A stretch of 62,402 bases of DNA from an uncultured Gammaproteobacteria bacterium (GCA_964628435.1 CAZVON010000004.1:1-62402); one strand, 5' to 3'; positions 1 through 12,891 are shown, counted from the first letter of the stretch. Numbers and translations: made by a program. Notes: generated by a model not told the origin, from the letters alone.

Positions 1-1
1 A

Positions 2-595
2 TCAGGGGTAAAACAAATAACCCAAAGAGCGCTTGAGATTTTTGAAGAACAGGGAATAGATCTTGTCGAAATTTCCCTCCCCCACACAGAATACGCGATT
101 CCATGCTACTACATTATTGTTCCTTCTGAAATTTCATCTAATCTCGCACGTTACGACGGAATCAGGTATGGTTATTCAAGGCAAAATTTCGGAGATGAAG
201 CAAAACGGCGGATTATGCTGGGAACATACACGCTTTCTGCCGGATATTACGAAGCGTATTACAAAAAAGCAATGCAGATTCGAACCCTTATTATTCAAGA
301 TTTTAACCAAGCTTTTAAAAAAGTAGATGCAATTATTTCTCCTGTATCGCCTACTCCTCCCTGGAAACTCGGAGAGAAAGTTAACAATCCACTCGAAATG
401 TACCTGTCAGATATTTTTACCGTTACTGCAAATCTCGCGGGAATTCCTGGATTATCACTTCCAATGGGATTTGTGAACGAACTTCCAGTCGGTATGCAAA
501 TATTAGCTCCTCATTTTTCTGAAGACCTTTTGTTCCAAATCGGCCACGCGTACGAACAACAAACGCAGTGGCATAAACACAAACCAAAATTATGA
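2..595 (+). CDS. gatA: Glu-tRNA(Gln)/Asp-tRNA(Asn) amidotransferase subunit A, 5'-partial (runs off window start)
   Basis: Frame 2 is open from the window edge. The translation ...SNLARYDGIRYGYSR...MLGTYTLSAGYYEAYYKKA...ANLAGIPGLSLPMGF... is typical of a GatA C-terminus. The stop overlaps the gatB start (ATGA). Confidence 0.9.
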   Translation, partial: SGVKQITQRALEIFEEQGIDLVEISLPHTEYAIPCYYIIVPSEISSNLARYDGIRYGYSRQNFGDEAKRRIMLGTYTLSAGYYEAYYKKAMQIRTLIIQDFNQAFKKVDAIISPVSPTPPWKLGEKVNNPLEMYLSDIFTVTANLAGIPGLSLPMGFVNELPVGMQILAPHFSEDLLFQIGHAYEQQTQWHKHKPKL

Positions 596-1896
596 AATAT
601 CAACCTATCATAGGCCTTGAGGTTCATGTAGAACTTAAAACAAAATCCAAAATGTTTTGTGGGTGTTCTGCGGATTATTTTGGCAAAGCACCAAATACTC
701 ATGTTTGTCCTGTATGCCTAGGACTTCCAGGTGCTTTACCGGTTCCAAACAAAACTGCCATCAACTGGTGTATTATGATTGGTCTTGCATTAAACTGCAA
801 AATTCCAAATTTTTCAAAATTTGACCGGAAAAATTATTTCTATCCAGATTTACCTAAAGGTTACCAAATCTCCCAGTACGATGCCCCATTTGCGGTAAAT
901 GGTTATATAAAACTCTCAACCGGTAAAAAAATTCGGATTCGAAGAGTGCATATGGAAGAAGACACGGGCAAACTCATTCATCAACAAGATTCAACCTTAA
1001 TTGACTTTAATCGATCGGGTGTTCCGCTGGTTGAGATTGTGACGGAACCTGACTTTAGAGATTCTACTGACGTTGTTTTATATCTAAAGAAAATTCAACA
1101 AATTGTTAGGTATTTAGGAGTTTCAAACGCTGAATTTGAAAAGGGAGACATGAGAATGGAACCTAATATCTCCCTTCGTAAATCTGGAGATCAAAAATTA
1201 CCAAAATATAAAGTAGAAATAAAAAATATCAATTCTTTTAGGTTCGTATTAAGAGCGATCACCCAAGAACAAATACGTCAGGAGGAAATTCTTGAAAAAG
1301 GAGAAATACCACATCAAGAAACCCGAGGATGGGACGAAACAAAACAAAAAACTGTCCCACAGCGGTCTAAGGAAGAGGCGCATGACTATCGGTATTTTCC
1401 TGAACCGGATATTCCTCCAATTACTTTCTCAGAATCAGATATAGCAAGCATAAACTGCGATATACCAGAATTACCAGAGAAAAAATTACAAAGATTCACC
1501 TCGATTTACGCTATACCAAAATATGATGCAGAAATTTTAATAAGAGACAGAAAGCTTGCGGAGTATTTTGAGCAAGCAGTATCAGATGGAAAAAAATTAT
1601 CAATAAAACCAAAACAAATCGCAAATACAATCATCAATAAAAAAATTGATGTAACTACGATCCTTCCTGCGGAACTGATAAAAACGATTATCTCTTCTTC
1701 AGAAACAACAACAATAAACGACACAGAATTAGAACAAGCTATAAAAAAAATGATCCATGAAAACCAACAAGCTGTTGAGGACTATAAGAAAGGGAAAGTT
1801 CAGGTGATAGGATTTCTTCTGGGAAAAGTCAAACAAGTGTTTCCAAGAGCAGATATTCAAAAAATAAAAACTGCTCTTGAAAAAGAACTGTCCTAG
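592..1896 (+). CDS. gatB: Glu-tRNA(Gln)/Asp-tRNA(Asn) amidotransferase subunit B (434 aa, somewhat short)
   Basis: Motifs GLEVHVELKTKSKMFCGC, NYFYPDLPKGYQISQ, HMEEDTGKL and RMEPNIS, plus a YqeY-like tail GKVQVIGFLLGKV. Translationally coupled to gatA. Confidence 0.92.
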   Translation: MKYQPIIGLEVHVELKTKSKMFCGCSADYFGKAPNTHVCPVCLGLPGALPVPNKTAINWCIMIGLALNCKIPNFSKFDRKNYFYPDLPKGYQISQYDAPFAVNGYIKLSTGKKIRIRRVHMEEDTGKLIHQQDSTLIDFNRSGVPLVEIVTEPDFRDSTDVVLYLKKIQQIVRYLGVSNAEFEKGDMRMEPNISLRKSGDQKLPKYKVEIKNINSFRFVLRAITQEQIRQEEILEKGEIPHQETRGWDETKQKTVPQRSKEEAHDYRYFPEPDIPPITFSESDIASINCDIPELPEKKLQRFTSIYAIPKYDAEILIRDRKLAEYFEQAVSDGKKLSIKPKQIANTIINKKIDVTTILPAELIKTIISSSETTTINDTELEQAIKKMIHENQQAVEDYKKGKVQVIGFLLGKVKQVFPRADIQKIKTALEKELS

Positions 1897-1931
1897 TCTT
1901 TATACTACATACGATATACTAAATATTATGT

Positions 1932-4900
1932 ATGGCAAACTTCGTACATCTTCATAATCATTCTGAATATTCATTACTGGATGGATTATCAAAAATAAAG
2001 GAAATGGTCGCGTATGCAAAAGAACTCGGTATGAAAGCTATTGCCATCACTGATCATGGCGCGATGTATGGAGTGATTAAGTTTTTTACAACGTGTAAAG
2101 AAGCAGGAATAAAACCAATTATTGGATGCGAAATCTATGTTGCGAAAAGATCTCGACACGACAAAGAAGCAGGAGTTGACAACGACTATAACCACTTAAT
2201 ATTACTTGCAAAAAACGAAACAGGATATAAAAATTTAATGAAACTAGTTTCCATTTCTCACCTTGAAGGGTTTTATTACAAACCAAGAGTTGATATTGAA
2301 CTTTTAGAAAAACACCATGAGGGCCTTATTTGTTTGAGCGCGTGTTTAAACGGATATGTTTCTCAACCTCTTATCGATGGACAAGAAAAAACAGCTATCG
2401 CGAGAATGAAAAAACTCTCAGATATTTTTGGAAAAGACCATTTCTATTTAGAATTACAAAGGCACCCAAATATTCCCAAACAAGATCTTTTAAACGAAAA
2501 ACTCCTTTCGCTTTCACGTACGTACGGTATTCCTGTTGTTGCTACCAACGATAACCATTATATTCGCAAAACAGACGCAGAAGCACAGGAAATTTTACTC
2601 TGTATTCAAACACAAACCACAATAGATACAAAAGACAGAAAACTGTCAATGATTGATTCACCTGATTTCTATATAAAGTCTTCGGAAGAAATGGAACAAC
2701 TGTTTATAGATATTCCGGAAGCTATTCAAAACAGCAATAAAATTGCGCACATGTGTAACGTGGAAATAAGTCTTGGGAAATGGATTATGCCTATTTTTGA
2801 TGTTCCAAATGGGAAAACCGCTGCGGACTACATGCGTGAACTTGTGGATGAGGGATTAAAGAAACGTTATGGAGAAATTACACCAGAAATCATAAAACGC
2901 ACGGAATATGAACTATCAGTAATTCTTAAAAAGGGTTACGAAACGTACATCCTTATCGTTGCTGATTTTGTGAATTGGGCAAAAAATCACGGTATCACTG
3001 TTGGACCAGGTAGAGGCTCAAATGCTGGATCAATAGTTTCGTATGCTTTGCTAATTTCAGATATTGATCCCCTATTTTTTAAACTACCCTTTGAACGATT
3101 CTTAAATCCAATGCGTCCTTCCCCCCCGGATATCGATTTAGATTTTGCTGATGACAGACGAGACGAAGTAATCAATTATGTCGCAGAAAAATACGGCAAA
3201 GATAAAGTAGCACAAATTATTACCTTTGGAACCATGGAAGCTCGTGGCGCAGTCAGAGACGGCGGGCGAGCACTTGGAATGCCATATGCAGGACCCGACA
3301 GAATCTCCAAAATGATCCCTCCTGGATGGCAAGGACATGCCATGACGATTGACAAGGCATTAGAACAAAGTCCAGATCTTTTGCGAGCTTATAAAACAGA
3401 ACACGAAACAAAAAGACTCCTTGATGTTGCTAAAAAACTAGAAGGAGTCGCAAGACACGCATCGGTTCATGCTGCTGGAGTTGTAATAGCAGATGCGCCA
3501 ATTACGGATTATACGCCTCTTCAAAAAGAAACAAACGGAGATAAAATAGTAACTCAATACGACATGTATACTGTTGGAGAAGATGGAGTAGGACTTTTAA
3601 AAATAGATTTTTTGGGACTTCGAAATCTTACTATTATTCAAGAAGCGCTGCGCTTCATACGACAAAATCAAGGGAAAAAGATTGACTTTTCAGAAATTTC
3701 TTTTGACGACGAAAAAACGTATGAATTACTTTCCTCAGGAGAAACTACTGGTATATTTCAGCTTGAATCTGCGGGTATGAGACGATATATCAAAGATTTA
3801 AAACCAACGACTATTTTTGATCTACAAGCTATGGTTGCGTTGTACCGACCAGGTCCAATGGCAAATATCCCTGAATTTATCCGTCGAAAAAACAATCCAG
3901 AGATGATTAGCTATCCTGATCCACGACTTGAAGATGTATTAAAAGAATCATATGGAATTATAACCTATCAGGATGATTTGTTGTTAACTGCCATTTATGT
4001 CGCAGGATATTCTTGGCTTGAAGCTGATAAATTGAGAAAAGCGGTGGGTAAAAAAATTCCCATTGAAATGGTAAAACAGAAAGAAAAGTTTACTCAGGGA
4101 TGCATTCAACATGGAATGACACAAAAAAATGCCGAGTACCTTTGGGACTTGTTTGAACCATTTGCTGGGTATGGATTCGGAAAAGCTCACGCTGCATGTT
4201 ATGCAACAATCGCATTTCGTACAGCATACTTAAAAGCTCACTTTCCTGTTGAGTTTATGACCGCACTGCTTACTGCGGAATCAAGGGGCACTTCTGGGCC
4301 TACGAAGAATGAAAAAATTTCTCAGGCCATCGCTGAATGTAAACGACTAAAAGTTACAGTGCTTTCTCCCGATATTAATAAATCTGAAAGTGACTTTACT
4401 ATCGAAAATAAAAAAGCAATTCGCTTTGGACTTTCAGCGATCAAAAATGTTGGCGCTGCTGCTATAGAAAGCATTTTATCAGCCCGAGCAAATGGTCCAT
4501 TCACCAGCTTTGAAGATCTCGCAAGTCGAGTTGACTTATCAAAAGTCAATAAGAAAACTCTCGAAAGCCTCATAAAAGCAGGCGCGATGGATCAATATGG
4601 CAAACGAGCAACGCTCCTAATCACTTTACCAGAATTTTTAGATAAATCTCATAAAAAGAAAAAAGATCAAGAAGCAGGACAAACATTATTATTCGATGAA
4701 CCTACAGACACAAAAAAATTCACTTCTTCTTACGATATTGAAGACTTTACCGAAAACGAAAAACTTGCGTTTGAGAAAGAATTTTTAGGATTTTACTTGA
4801 CTGCTCATCCGCAAAGCGCCAACATGTCGTACGCACGAACCTTGATTACGCATGATCTTAATTTGGTTACTGAAGAAAAAGAAGGAACCAGAGTCAAAAT

Positions 4901-4934
4901 TGGAGGCATAATAGAATCAAGCAGACGAATATAA
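1932..4934 (+). CDS. dnaE: DNA polymerase III alpha subunit, main body (1000 aa), ended by an in-frame TAA at 4932-4934
   Basis: PHP motif HLHNHSEYSLLDG, plus GPGRGSNAGSIVSYAL, PPDIDLDF, HAAGVVI and GYGFGKAHAACYA. The ORF stops at ...GGIIESSRRI*, just where the OB-fold domain begins. Confidence 0.9.
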   Translation: MANFVHLHNHSEYSLLDGLSKIKEMVAYAKELGMKAIAITDHGAMYGVIKFFTTCKEAGIKPIIGCEIYVAKRSRHDKEAGVDNDYNHLILLAKNETGYKNLMKLVSISHLEGFYYKPRVDIELLEKHHEGLICLSACLNGYVSQPLIDGQEKTAIARMKKLSDIFGKDHFYLELQRHPNIPKQDLLNEKLLSLSRTYGIPVVATNDNHYIRKTDAEAQEILLCIQTQTTIDTKDRKLSMIDSPDFYIKSSEEMEQLFIDIPEAIQNSNKIAHMCNVEISLGKWIMPIFDVPNGKTAADYMRELVDEGLKKRYGEITPEIIKRTEYELSVILKKGYETYILIVADFVNWAKNHGITVGPGRGSNAGSIVSYALLISDIDPLFFKLPFERFLNPMRPSPPDIDLDFADDRRDEVINYVAEKYGKDKVAQIITFGTMEARGAVRDGGRALGMPYAGPDRISKMIPPGWQGHAMTIDKALEQSPDLLRAYKTEHETKRLLDVAKKLEGVARHASVHAAGVVIADAPITDYTPLQKETNGDKIVTQYDMYTVGEDGVGLLKIDFLGLRNLTIIQEALRFIRQNQGKKIDFSEISFDDEKTYELLSSGETTGIFQLESAGMRRYIKDLKPTTIFDLQAMVALYRPGPMANIPEFIRRKNNPEMISYPDPRLEDVLKESYGIITYQDDLLLTAIYVAGYSWLEADKLRKAVGKKIPIEMVKQKEKFTQGCIQHGMTQKNAEYLWDLFEPFAGYGFGKAHAACYATIAFRTAYLKAHFPVEFMTALLTAESRGTSGPTKNEKISQAIAECKRLKVTVLSPDINKSESDFTIENKKAIRFGLSAIKNVGAAAIESILSARANGPFTSFEDLASRVDLSKVNKKTLESLIKAGAMDQYGKRATLLITLPEFLDKSHKKKKDQEAGQTLLFDEPTDTKKFTSSYDIEDFTENEKLAFEKEFLGFYLTAHPQSANMSYARTLITHDLNLVTEEKEGTRVKIGGIIESSRRI

Positions 4935-5150
4935 AACAAAAAAAATGGAAACGAAATGGCATTTATCCAAATCGGAGACGAATATGGACTTTCTGTTGAA
5001 TGCGTTGTTTTTCCTAAAGTTTTTAGTAAATACAAAAGTCTATTAGTAAAAGATTGCGTGGTCATTATCGATGGACACATCGATACAAAAAACGATAAAC
5101 CAACAATTATTGTCGAGAGAATCTATCCCACCACAAAACTTTCCTCGTAA
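4935..5150 (+). CDS. dnaE: dnaE C-terminal OB-fold segment, same reading frame as the main body (continuation after the internal TAA)
   Basis: 1932 and 4956 are in the same frame. NKKNGNEMAFIQIGDEYGLSVECVVFPKVF...VIIDGHID matches the usual DnaE ...RRIxTKKGxxMAFxxLEDxxGxxExVVFP OB-fold tail. Confidence 0.8.
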   Translation, partial: NKKNGNEMAFIQIGDEYGLSVECVVFPKVFSKYKSLLVKDCVVIIDGHIDTKNDKPTIIVERIYPTTKLSS

Positions 5151-5179
5151 GTTTTATTTTTTTGCTAGACTTACACATA

Positions 5180-5208
5180 TTGACTTATCGTAAAAATACA
5201 TTTAAAAT
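5180..5208 (+). promoter_or_regulatory. Putative sigma70-type promoter of the atp operon (TTGACT-17 nt-TAAAAT), 9 nt before the atpB ATG
   Basis: -35 ttgact at 5180-5185, an exact 17-nt spacer, -10 taaaat at 5203-5208, and the ATG at 5218. Sequence pattern only. Confidence 0.5.
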
Positions 5209-5217
5209 TAGATTGAA

Positions 5218-5979
5218 ATGGCGGGCTTTGCACCGGAAACTATTATAGAAATCGGCAAGTTTCCTGTAACTAATACAATACTTAACACTCTACTTGTAGA
5301 TTCTCTTATCCTAGCAGGTGTTATCGCGATAAAAAAGCATCTTTCTCAAGTTCCCAATTTTTTTCAAAACGCAATAGAGATGATCGTTGAGACTTTTTAC
5401 AACTTTATAGAATCTGTCGCGCACGAAAATACTGCCAAAATATTCCCCTTTGTTATGTCTTTTTTTATTTTTATTCTTATTGGAAATTGGAGTGGGTTAG
5501 TCCCAGGATTTAATAGTTTTGGATTTTTTGAAGAAAGTCATGGAAAAAAGGAACTTGTTCCAATTATTCGAAACACAACCAGCGATATCAACACCACATT
5601 TGCTCTTGCAATAATTTCTTTAGTCGCAACTCATGTATTAAGCATTAGAAAACTAGGAATTTGGGAATACCTGAGCCGTTATTTCTCTCTTAATCCAATT
5701 ATCTTGTTTGTAGGGGTGTTAGAAATTGTGTCAGAAATTACAAAAATCATCTCGCTTTCCTTTCGACTTTTTGGTAATATATATGCGGGAGAAAGAGTTT
5801 TAGATACAATTTCATCTCTTTTTGCCTTTATTTTTCCCTTGCCCTTCATGTTTTTGGAGATTATTGTTGGTTTAGTACAAGCATTGGTATTCTCGCTCTT
5901 AACAATGGTGTTTATGGCAGTCTTGATGACTCCACACCATGAGCCAAAACACGAAGCCAAGGAGGTGATACACACATGA
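5218..5979 (+). CDS. atpB: F0F1 ATP synthase subunit a
   Basis: Polytopic protein with the conserved a-subunit arginine motif LSFRLFGNIYAGE. First gene of an atpBEFHAGDC-ordered operon. Confidence 0.9.
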   Translation: MAGFAPETIIEIGKFPVTNTILNTLLVDSLILAGVIAIKKHLSQVPNFFQNAIEMIVETFYNFIESVAHENTAKIFPFVMSFFIFILIGNWSGLVPGFNSFGFFEESHGKKELVPIIRNTTSDINTTFALAIISLVATHVLSIRKLGIWEYLSRYFSLNPIILFVGVLEIVSEITKIISLSFRLFGNIYAGERVLDTISSLFAFIFPLPFMFLEIIVGLVQALVFSLLTMVFMAVLMTPHHEPKHEAKEVIHT

Positions 5980-6182
5980 TATTTAGCGTCGAAGGTGGTC
6001 TTATTGTTGCGCTAGGTGGTATAGGACCCGCAATCGCGGTTGGATTAATTGGCGCGAAAGCAATGGAAGCAATCGGTCGAAATCCAGAAGCCTCTGGAAG
6101 AATTCTTCCAGCAATGTTACTTGGTATGGCATTCGCAGAAGCTATTGCTATTTATTCGTTAATTCTTGCTTTTACAAAGTAA
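5976..6182 (+). CDS. atpE: F0F1 ATP synthase subunit c
   Basis: A 68-aa hairpin with the GRNPEA loop and a TM2 carboxylate in MAFAEAIAIY. ATGA overlap with atpB. Confidence 0.88.
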   Translation: MIFSVEGGLIVALGGIGPAIAVGLIGAKAMEAIGRNPEASGRILPAMLLGMAFAEAIAIYSLILAFTK

Positions 6183-6207
6183 AATAAATGAGTAACATCT
6201 AAATTTT

Positions 6208-6714
6208 ATGGAGTTGTTAAAAAATTTTGGGTTTGATCCCTATCTATTTGTCGCACAAATAGTTAATTTTTTAATCGTTTTTTATATTCTCAAAAGGTAT
6301 GTATATAAACCGCTGTTGCAAGTGCTGAAAGATAGGCAACAAACTATCCAACGTGGTATCACACAAGCACACGAAAGCAGATTGTTGTTTGAAAAGGCGC
6401 AAAAGGAAGAAAAAACAATTTTGAAAAACGCGCAAAGTCAGTCAAAGAGACTTATTCAAGACGCACAAAAACAAGCAAGCGAAATATTAAAGCAAGCAGA
6501 AGCCGCCACAAAACAACAAACAGATAAATTAATTCAAGATGCTCGAACACAAATTGCAAAAGAAGCAGAAATCGCAGAGAATCGTGTCATGGGATATATC
6601 AGTAAGATTTCTGTAGAAATATTAGAGCGGGCGCTATCAGGACTGGTAAATGAACGTGCCCAAGAGGAAATTTTGACAAAAGCAATCAAACATCTCAATA
6701 CAAAATCAAACTAA
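6208..6714 (+). CDS. atpF: F0F1 ATP synthase subunit b
   Basis: N-terminal TM segment (LFVAQIVNFLIVFYIL) followed by a long charged helix rich in K/E/Q/A. Assigned also by operon position. Confidence 0.85.
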   Translation: MELLKNFGFDPYLFVAQIVNFLIVFYILKRYVYKPLLQVLKDRQQTIQRGITQAHESRLLFEKAQKEEKTILKNAQSQSKRLIQDAQKQASEILKQAEAATKQQTDKLIQDARTQIAKEAEIAENRVMGYISKISVEILERALSGLVNERAQEEILTKAIKHLNTKSN

Positions 6715-7067
6715 TGAACAAAAAAAAACTTAAAAAATTAGTCGCATTGAGTTATACAAAAAATAATTTGGATGAGGAAAAAGTGGCAACAATTGTTCGA
6801 TCACTTTCCAGAATTCAGCTTAAACAGTATATCAAGTCCCTAAAAAATCAAGAGGCAAAAAGATCTATTGTTGCTGCTTTTCCAAGACAACCGAGTAGAG
6901 AAACGGTAGAAAAATTGCAAGATATGTATCCAAACAAACAAATTGCTGTAGTGGTTGATCCTTCTTTACTATTAGGGGTAAAAATTATAGCAAATGACTT
7001 AGTATTTAACTATTCTTTAAAACATTCTCTACAGTCTATTGAGAGCTATATTGCAAATTCACTATGA
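6714..7067 (+). CDS. atpH: F0F1 ATP synthase subunit delta (OSCP), unusually short at 117 aa
   Basis: Lies between atpF and atpA. C-terminal OSCP-like stretch VVVDPSLLLGVKIIANDLVFNYSLKHSL. The N-terminal region is much reduced. Confidence 0.7.
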   Translation: MNKKKLKKLVALSYTKNNLDEEKVATIVRSLSRIQLKQYIKSLKNQEAKRSIVAAFPRQPSRETVEKLQDMYPNKQIAVVVDPSLLLGVKIIANDLVFNYSLKHSLQSIESYIANSL

Positions 7068-8607
7068 TTACTACCAACGAAATTATAAGTTCTTTAGAAA
7101 AACGTCTTATTTCTTTCGAACAGGACGAAAAAGTCCAAAATGTTGGAACTGTAGAAAAAAATACAGACGGAGTTATTATACTAACAGGCTTGTCACAAGC
7201 GGTAATGGGAGAAAAAATTCTTTTTGACAACAAGAGTATCGGCATGGTATTAAATTTAGATGAAGATTACGTATCCGTTATTCTATTAAGTAACGCCATT
7301 AATTTAAAAGAAGGAGATAAAGCACGCACCACGAGAGAATTATTGAGTATAACTGTCTCAGAAGATCTTCTTGGAAGAGTTATCAATCCTCTTGGACAAC
7401 CAATTGATGGAAAACCAGCAGTTAAAAAGGGTATAAATATGCCATTGGAGCGCATAGCCGCAGGCGTCGTGGAACGCGAACCGGTAAATACCCCTTTAAA
7501 AACTGGCATAAAAGCCATTGACGCGATGATTCCAATTGGTCGTGGACAAAGAGAACTTATTATTGGAGACAGAGGACTTGGAAAAACCGCAATTGCTATC
7601 GACACAATTATCAACCAACGACAATCATCTGAAGAAAAGAAAAAAACAGATTCAAAAAATCAAAAAAAGGTGATCTGTATTTATGTTGCGATTGGTCAAA
7701 AACAAAGCACTGTAGCACAAATCGTAAGTAAGTTAAAAGAAGAACATGCCATGGACTATACAATTGTAGTTGCCGCCAACGCACCAGACCCTGCAGCGCT
7801 TCAGTATCTTGCGCCATATGCGGGAACTGCTATTGCCGAGTTTTTTTTGGAAAAAGGTGAAGATGTACTTATCATCTACGACGACCTTACGAAACACGCA
7901 TGGGCATACCGGCAATTGTCGCTTGTTTTACGACGACCCGCAGGAAGAGAGGCGTATCCAGGAGATATTTTTTACCTACATAGTCGATTGCTCGAGCGAG
8001 CAGTTAAACTCAATAAAAAAAACGGAGGGGGTTCGATTACCGCATTGCCAATTATCGAAACACAAGCAGGAGATATATCTGCGTATATCCCAACGAATGT
8101 GATTTCTATTACTGATGGTCAGATTTATTTACAATCTGATTTGTTTAATATTGGTATTAGACCTGCTATTAATGTAGGAAACTCTGTCTCAAGAGTTGGT
8201 GGGGCTGCGCAGACCGCAGGGATGAAGTCTGTTGCAGGGAAAATGCGTCTTGAGCTTGCGCAGTATAGAGAACTTGCTGCTTTCGCGCAATTTGGAAGTG
8301 AATTAGACCAAGCAACGCAGCTTCAGCTTGAACGAGGAAAGCGGCTTACAGAGATACTCAAACAATCTCAGTACCAACCCTTAAGCGAGGCATACGAAGT
8401 GATAAGTATTTGGACTATTACAAATGGACTAGTAGATGATATTTCTGTAGAAGATATCCAGAGATTCGAAAAAGAATTGCATGACTATGTAACATCACAC
8501 GCGTCTAAGCTGATTGAAAAATTATCAACGGGAGAAAAACTTAACGAGGAAACAACAAAGCTTCTTGAAAAAACAATAAAGGAATTTAAGAAAGGATTTA
8601 GCGCCTA

Positions 8608-8608
<1 letters not shown>
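7064..8608 (+). CDS. atpA: F0F1 ATP synthase subunit alpha
   Basis: Walker A GDRGLGKT, plus ICIYVAIGQKQSTV, ITDGQIYL and RPAINVGNSVSRVGG. Confidence 0.95.
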
Positions 8609-11304
<2,696 letters not shown>

Positions 11305-11306
11305 CT

Positions 11307-12389
11307 ATGAAAGCTGCTTTTTATGATCCTGCAATTTCATATGAAAAAAACTATGAAAATGGGCCACCAATTCTATCTCAAAGAATAAAACCTCGAAAAA
11401 GAAAAATCAAAAAAAAACACTCCTTCCTTGGGTTTGATGTAAATCTTCCGTTTGGAATCCCACCAGGACCTCTACTAAATAGTAAATTTATGCAGGCAGC
11501 ATTTACATGGGGATTTGACGTATCTACTTATAAAACTGTCCGTGCCGATGTCTTTCCATGCCATCCTCACCCAAATGTCTTGTTTGTTGACACACCAGAA
11601 AATCTATATCCAGACCAAATACTCCGTCTTACTGCACATAAAACCACAAGTCGTCCAAAAGAAAAAATTAGTATTACTAACTCGTTTGGTGTTCCTTCCA
11701 AAAAACCAAACGTATGGCAAAAAGATGTTCAAAAAGCACTTTCTTATGCTGACAATGGTCAATTACTTATCTTAAGTTTTATGGGAACCGTAAAAGAACA
11801 TCAAACTAAAGAAGAATTTTCAAATGATTTTGCCAACGCAGCACAATTATCGAAAGAAACCGGCGCAAAAGTTATCGAAGCAAATCTCTCGTGCCCTAAT
11901 ATCGGAAATGAAGGGCTTGTTTGCTATAATTTGGGAACCACGGAAAGAGTGTGCAAAGCAGTTAGAAAAGCTGTTGGTAATGCTATACCTCTTATTCTAA
12001 AAGTTGGCTATTATCAAAGCGATAAAGATCTTGAAGAGCTAGCTTGTATTGCGAATAAATATGCGCAGGCCATAGCAACTATCAATACCTTGCAAGTGGA
12101 AGTTGTTGATGAGAAAAAACAACAAGCACTACCCGGGAAAAATAGGCTACGAAGCGGTATTTGCGGCGCGTCAATTAAATGGGCAGGACTTGAAATGACA
12201 CATAAGCTTAATCAGCTTCGAAAGAAAAATAAATATTCGTACGAGATTGTTGGCATTGGTGGAGTTATGACGCCAAAGGACTATTTTGAATATAAAAAAG
12301 CAGGAGCTGATCTGGTTCAATCCGCAACTGGAGCCATGTGGAATCCATATCTCGCCTACGAAACGTGGAAAAAATATGGTTCAAAATGA
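11307..12389 (+). CDS. pyrD: Divergent dihydroorotate dehydrogenase-like flavoprotein (class-1-type active-site Cys, N-terminal extension)
   Basis: NLSCPN motif and GIGGVMTPKDYFEYKKAGADLVQSATG, in a TIM-barrel layout. Immediately upstream of pyrF and pyrE. The usual GNPxPR region is replaced by CHPHPNV. Confidence 0.65.
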   Translation: MKAAFYDPAISYEKNYENGPPILSQRIKPRKRKIKKKHSFLGFDVNLPFGIPPGPLLNSKFMQAAFTWGFDVSTYKTVRADVFPCHPHPNVLFVDTPENLYPDQILRLTAHKTTSRPKEKISITNSFGVPSKKPNVWQKDVQKALSYADNGQLLILSFMGTVKEHQTKEEFSNDFANAAQLSKETGAKVIEANLSCPNIGNEGLVCYNLGTTERVCKAVRKAVGNAIPLILKVGYYQSDKDLEELACIANKYAQAIATINTLQVEVVDEKKQQALPGKNRLRSGICGASIKWAGLEMTHKLNQLRKKNKYSYEIVGIGGVMTPKDYFEYKKAGADLVQSATGAMWNPYLAYETWKKYGSK

Positions 12390-12888
12390 TTTTTTAAAAG
12401 ATTTTTTTGCTCTTCCCTTGTATCAAGTTTTTCTTATTACCTTTGCTGTTGGGTTTGCGTTGTTGCTTTTAGTTGGAGGACGCACAAAATCTTTTAAATT
12501 TCTCATATCTAATCCAGCATTTTTAATTGGAGATTTAATAATCTTGCCTATACTTTCGTTGTTCATAACATACTTTTATACTATTGTTCAATCACCGCTT
12601 TCAATAACCACATCCTCATTCTGGACTATTACTACAGCACTGTTGAGTTTTTTAATAACCATTACTGCTGGTATTCACTATAGAATGCTAAACATCTGGT
12701 GGATCCCCCACGGGATTTTTTTCTTTTTATTTACGTATATTGTTGTAACTTTTGTGTCGAAAGCGTTTACTCATCTTCTTTTTATTCAATCTGATCTTTT
12801 CTTGTGGGGTATTTTTTTTATAGTCCTTATTGGTATAACTACTCATCAATTCCTTGGATACTTTTGGCCAAAAAAATTACCACTTTAA
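12376..12888 (+). CDS. Small polytopic membrane protein of unknown function (about 5 TM, 170 aa), embedded between pyrD and pyrF
   Basis: The ATG at 12376 is in frame with the 12286 ORF and overlaps the pyrD stop. The protein is strongly hydrophobic with repeated helices. No recognisable family motif. Confidence 0.6.
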   Translation: MVQNDFLKDFFALPLYQVFLITFAVGFALLLLVGGRTKSFKFLISNPAFLIGDLIILPILSLFITYFYTIVQSPLSITTSSFWTITTALLSFLITITAGIHYRMLNIWWIPHGIFFFLFTYIVVTFVSKAFTHLLFIQSDLFLWGIFFIVLIGITTHQFLGYFWPKKLPL

Positions 12889-12891
12889 CCA

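Noticed and set aside
63-326. 87-aa ORF at the window start
   Set aside because: It overlaps the genuine gatA reading frame, which is open from the window edge and has clear amidase motifs.
5976-6182. Na+-translocating c subunit
   Set aside because: The TM2 carboxylate is followed by Ala (AEAIA) rather than the Ser/Thr of the Na+-binding signature, and TM1 lacks the matching Gln. H+ coupling is the default reading.
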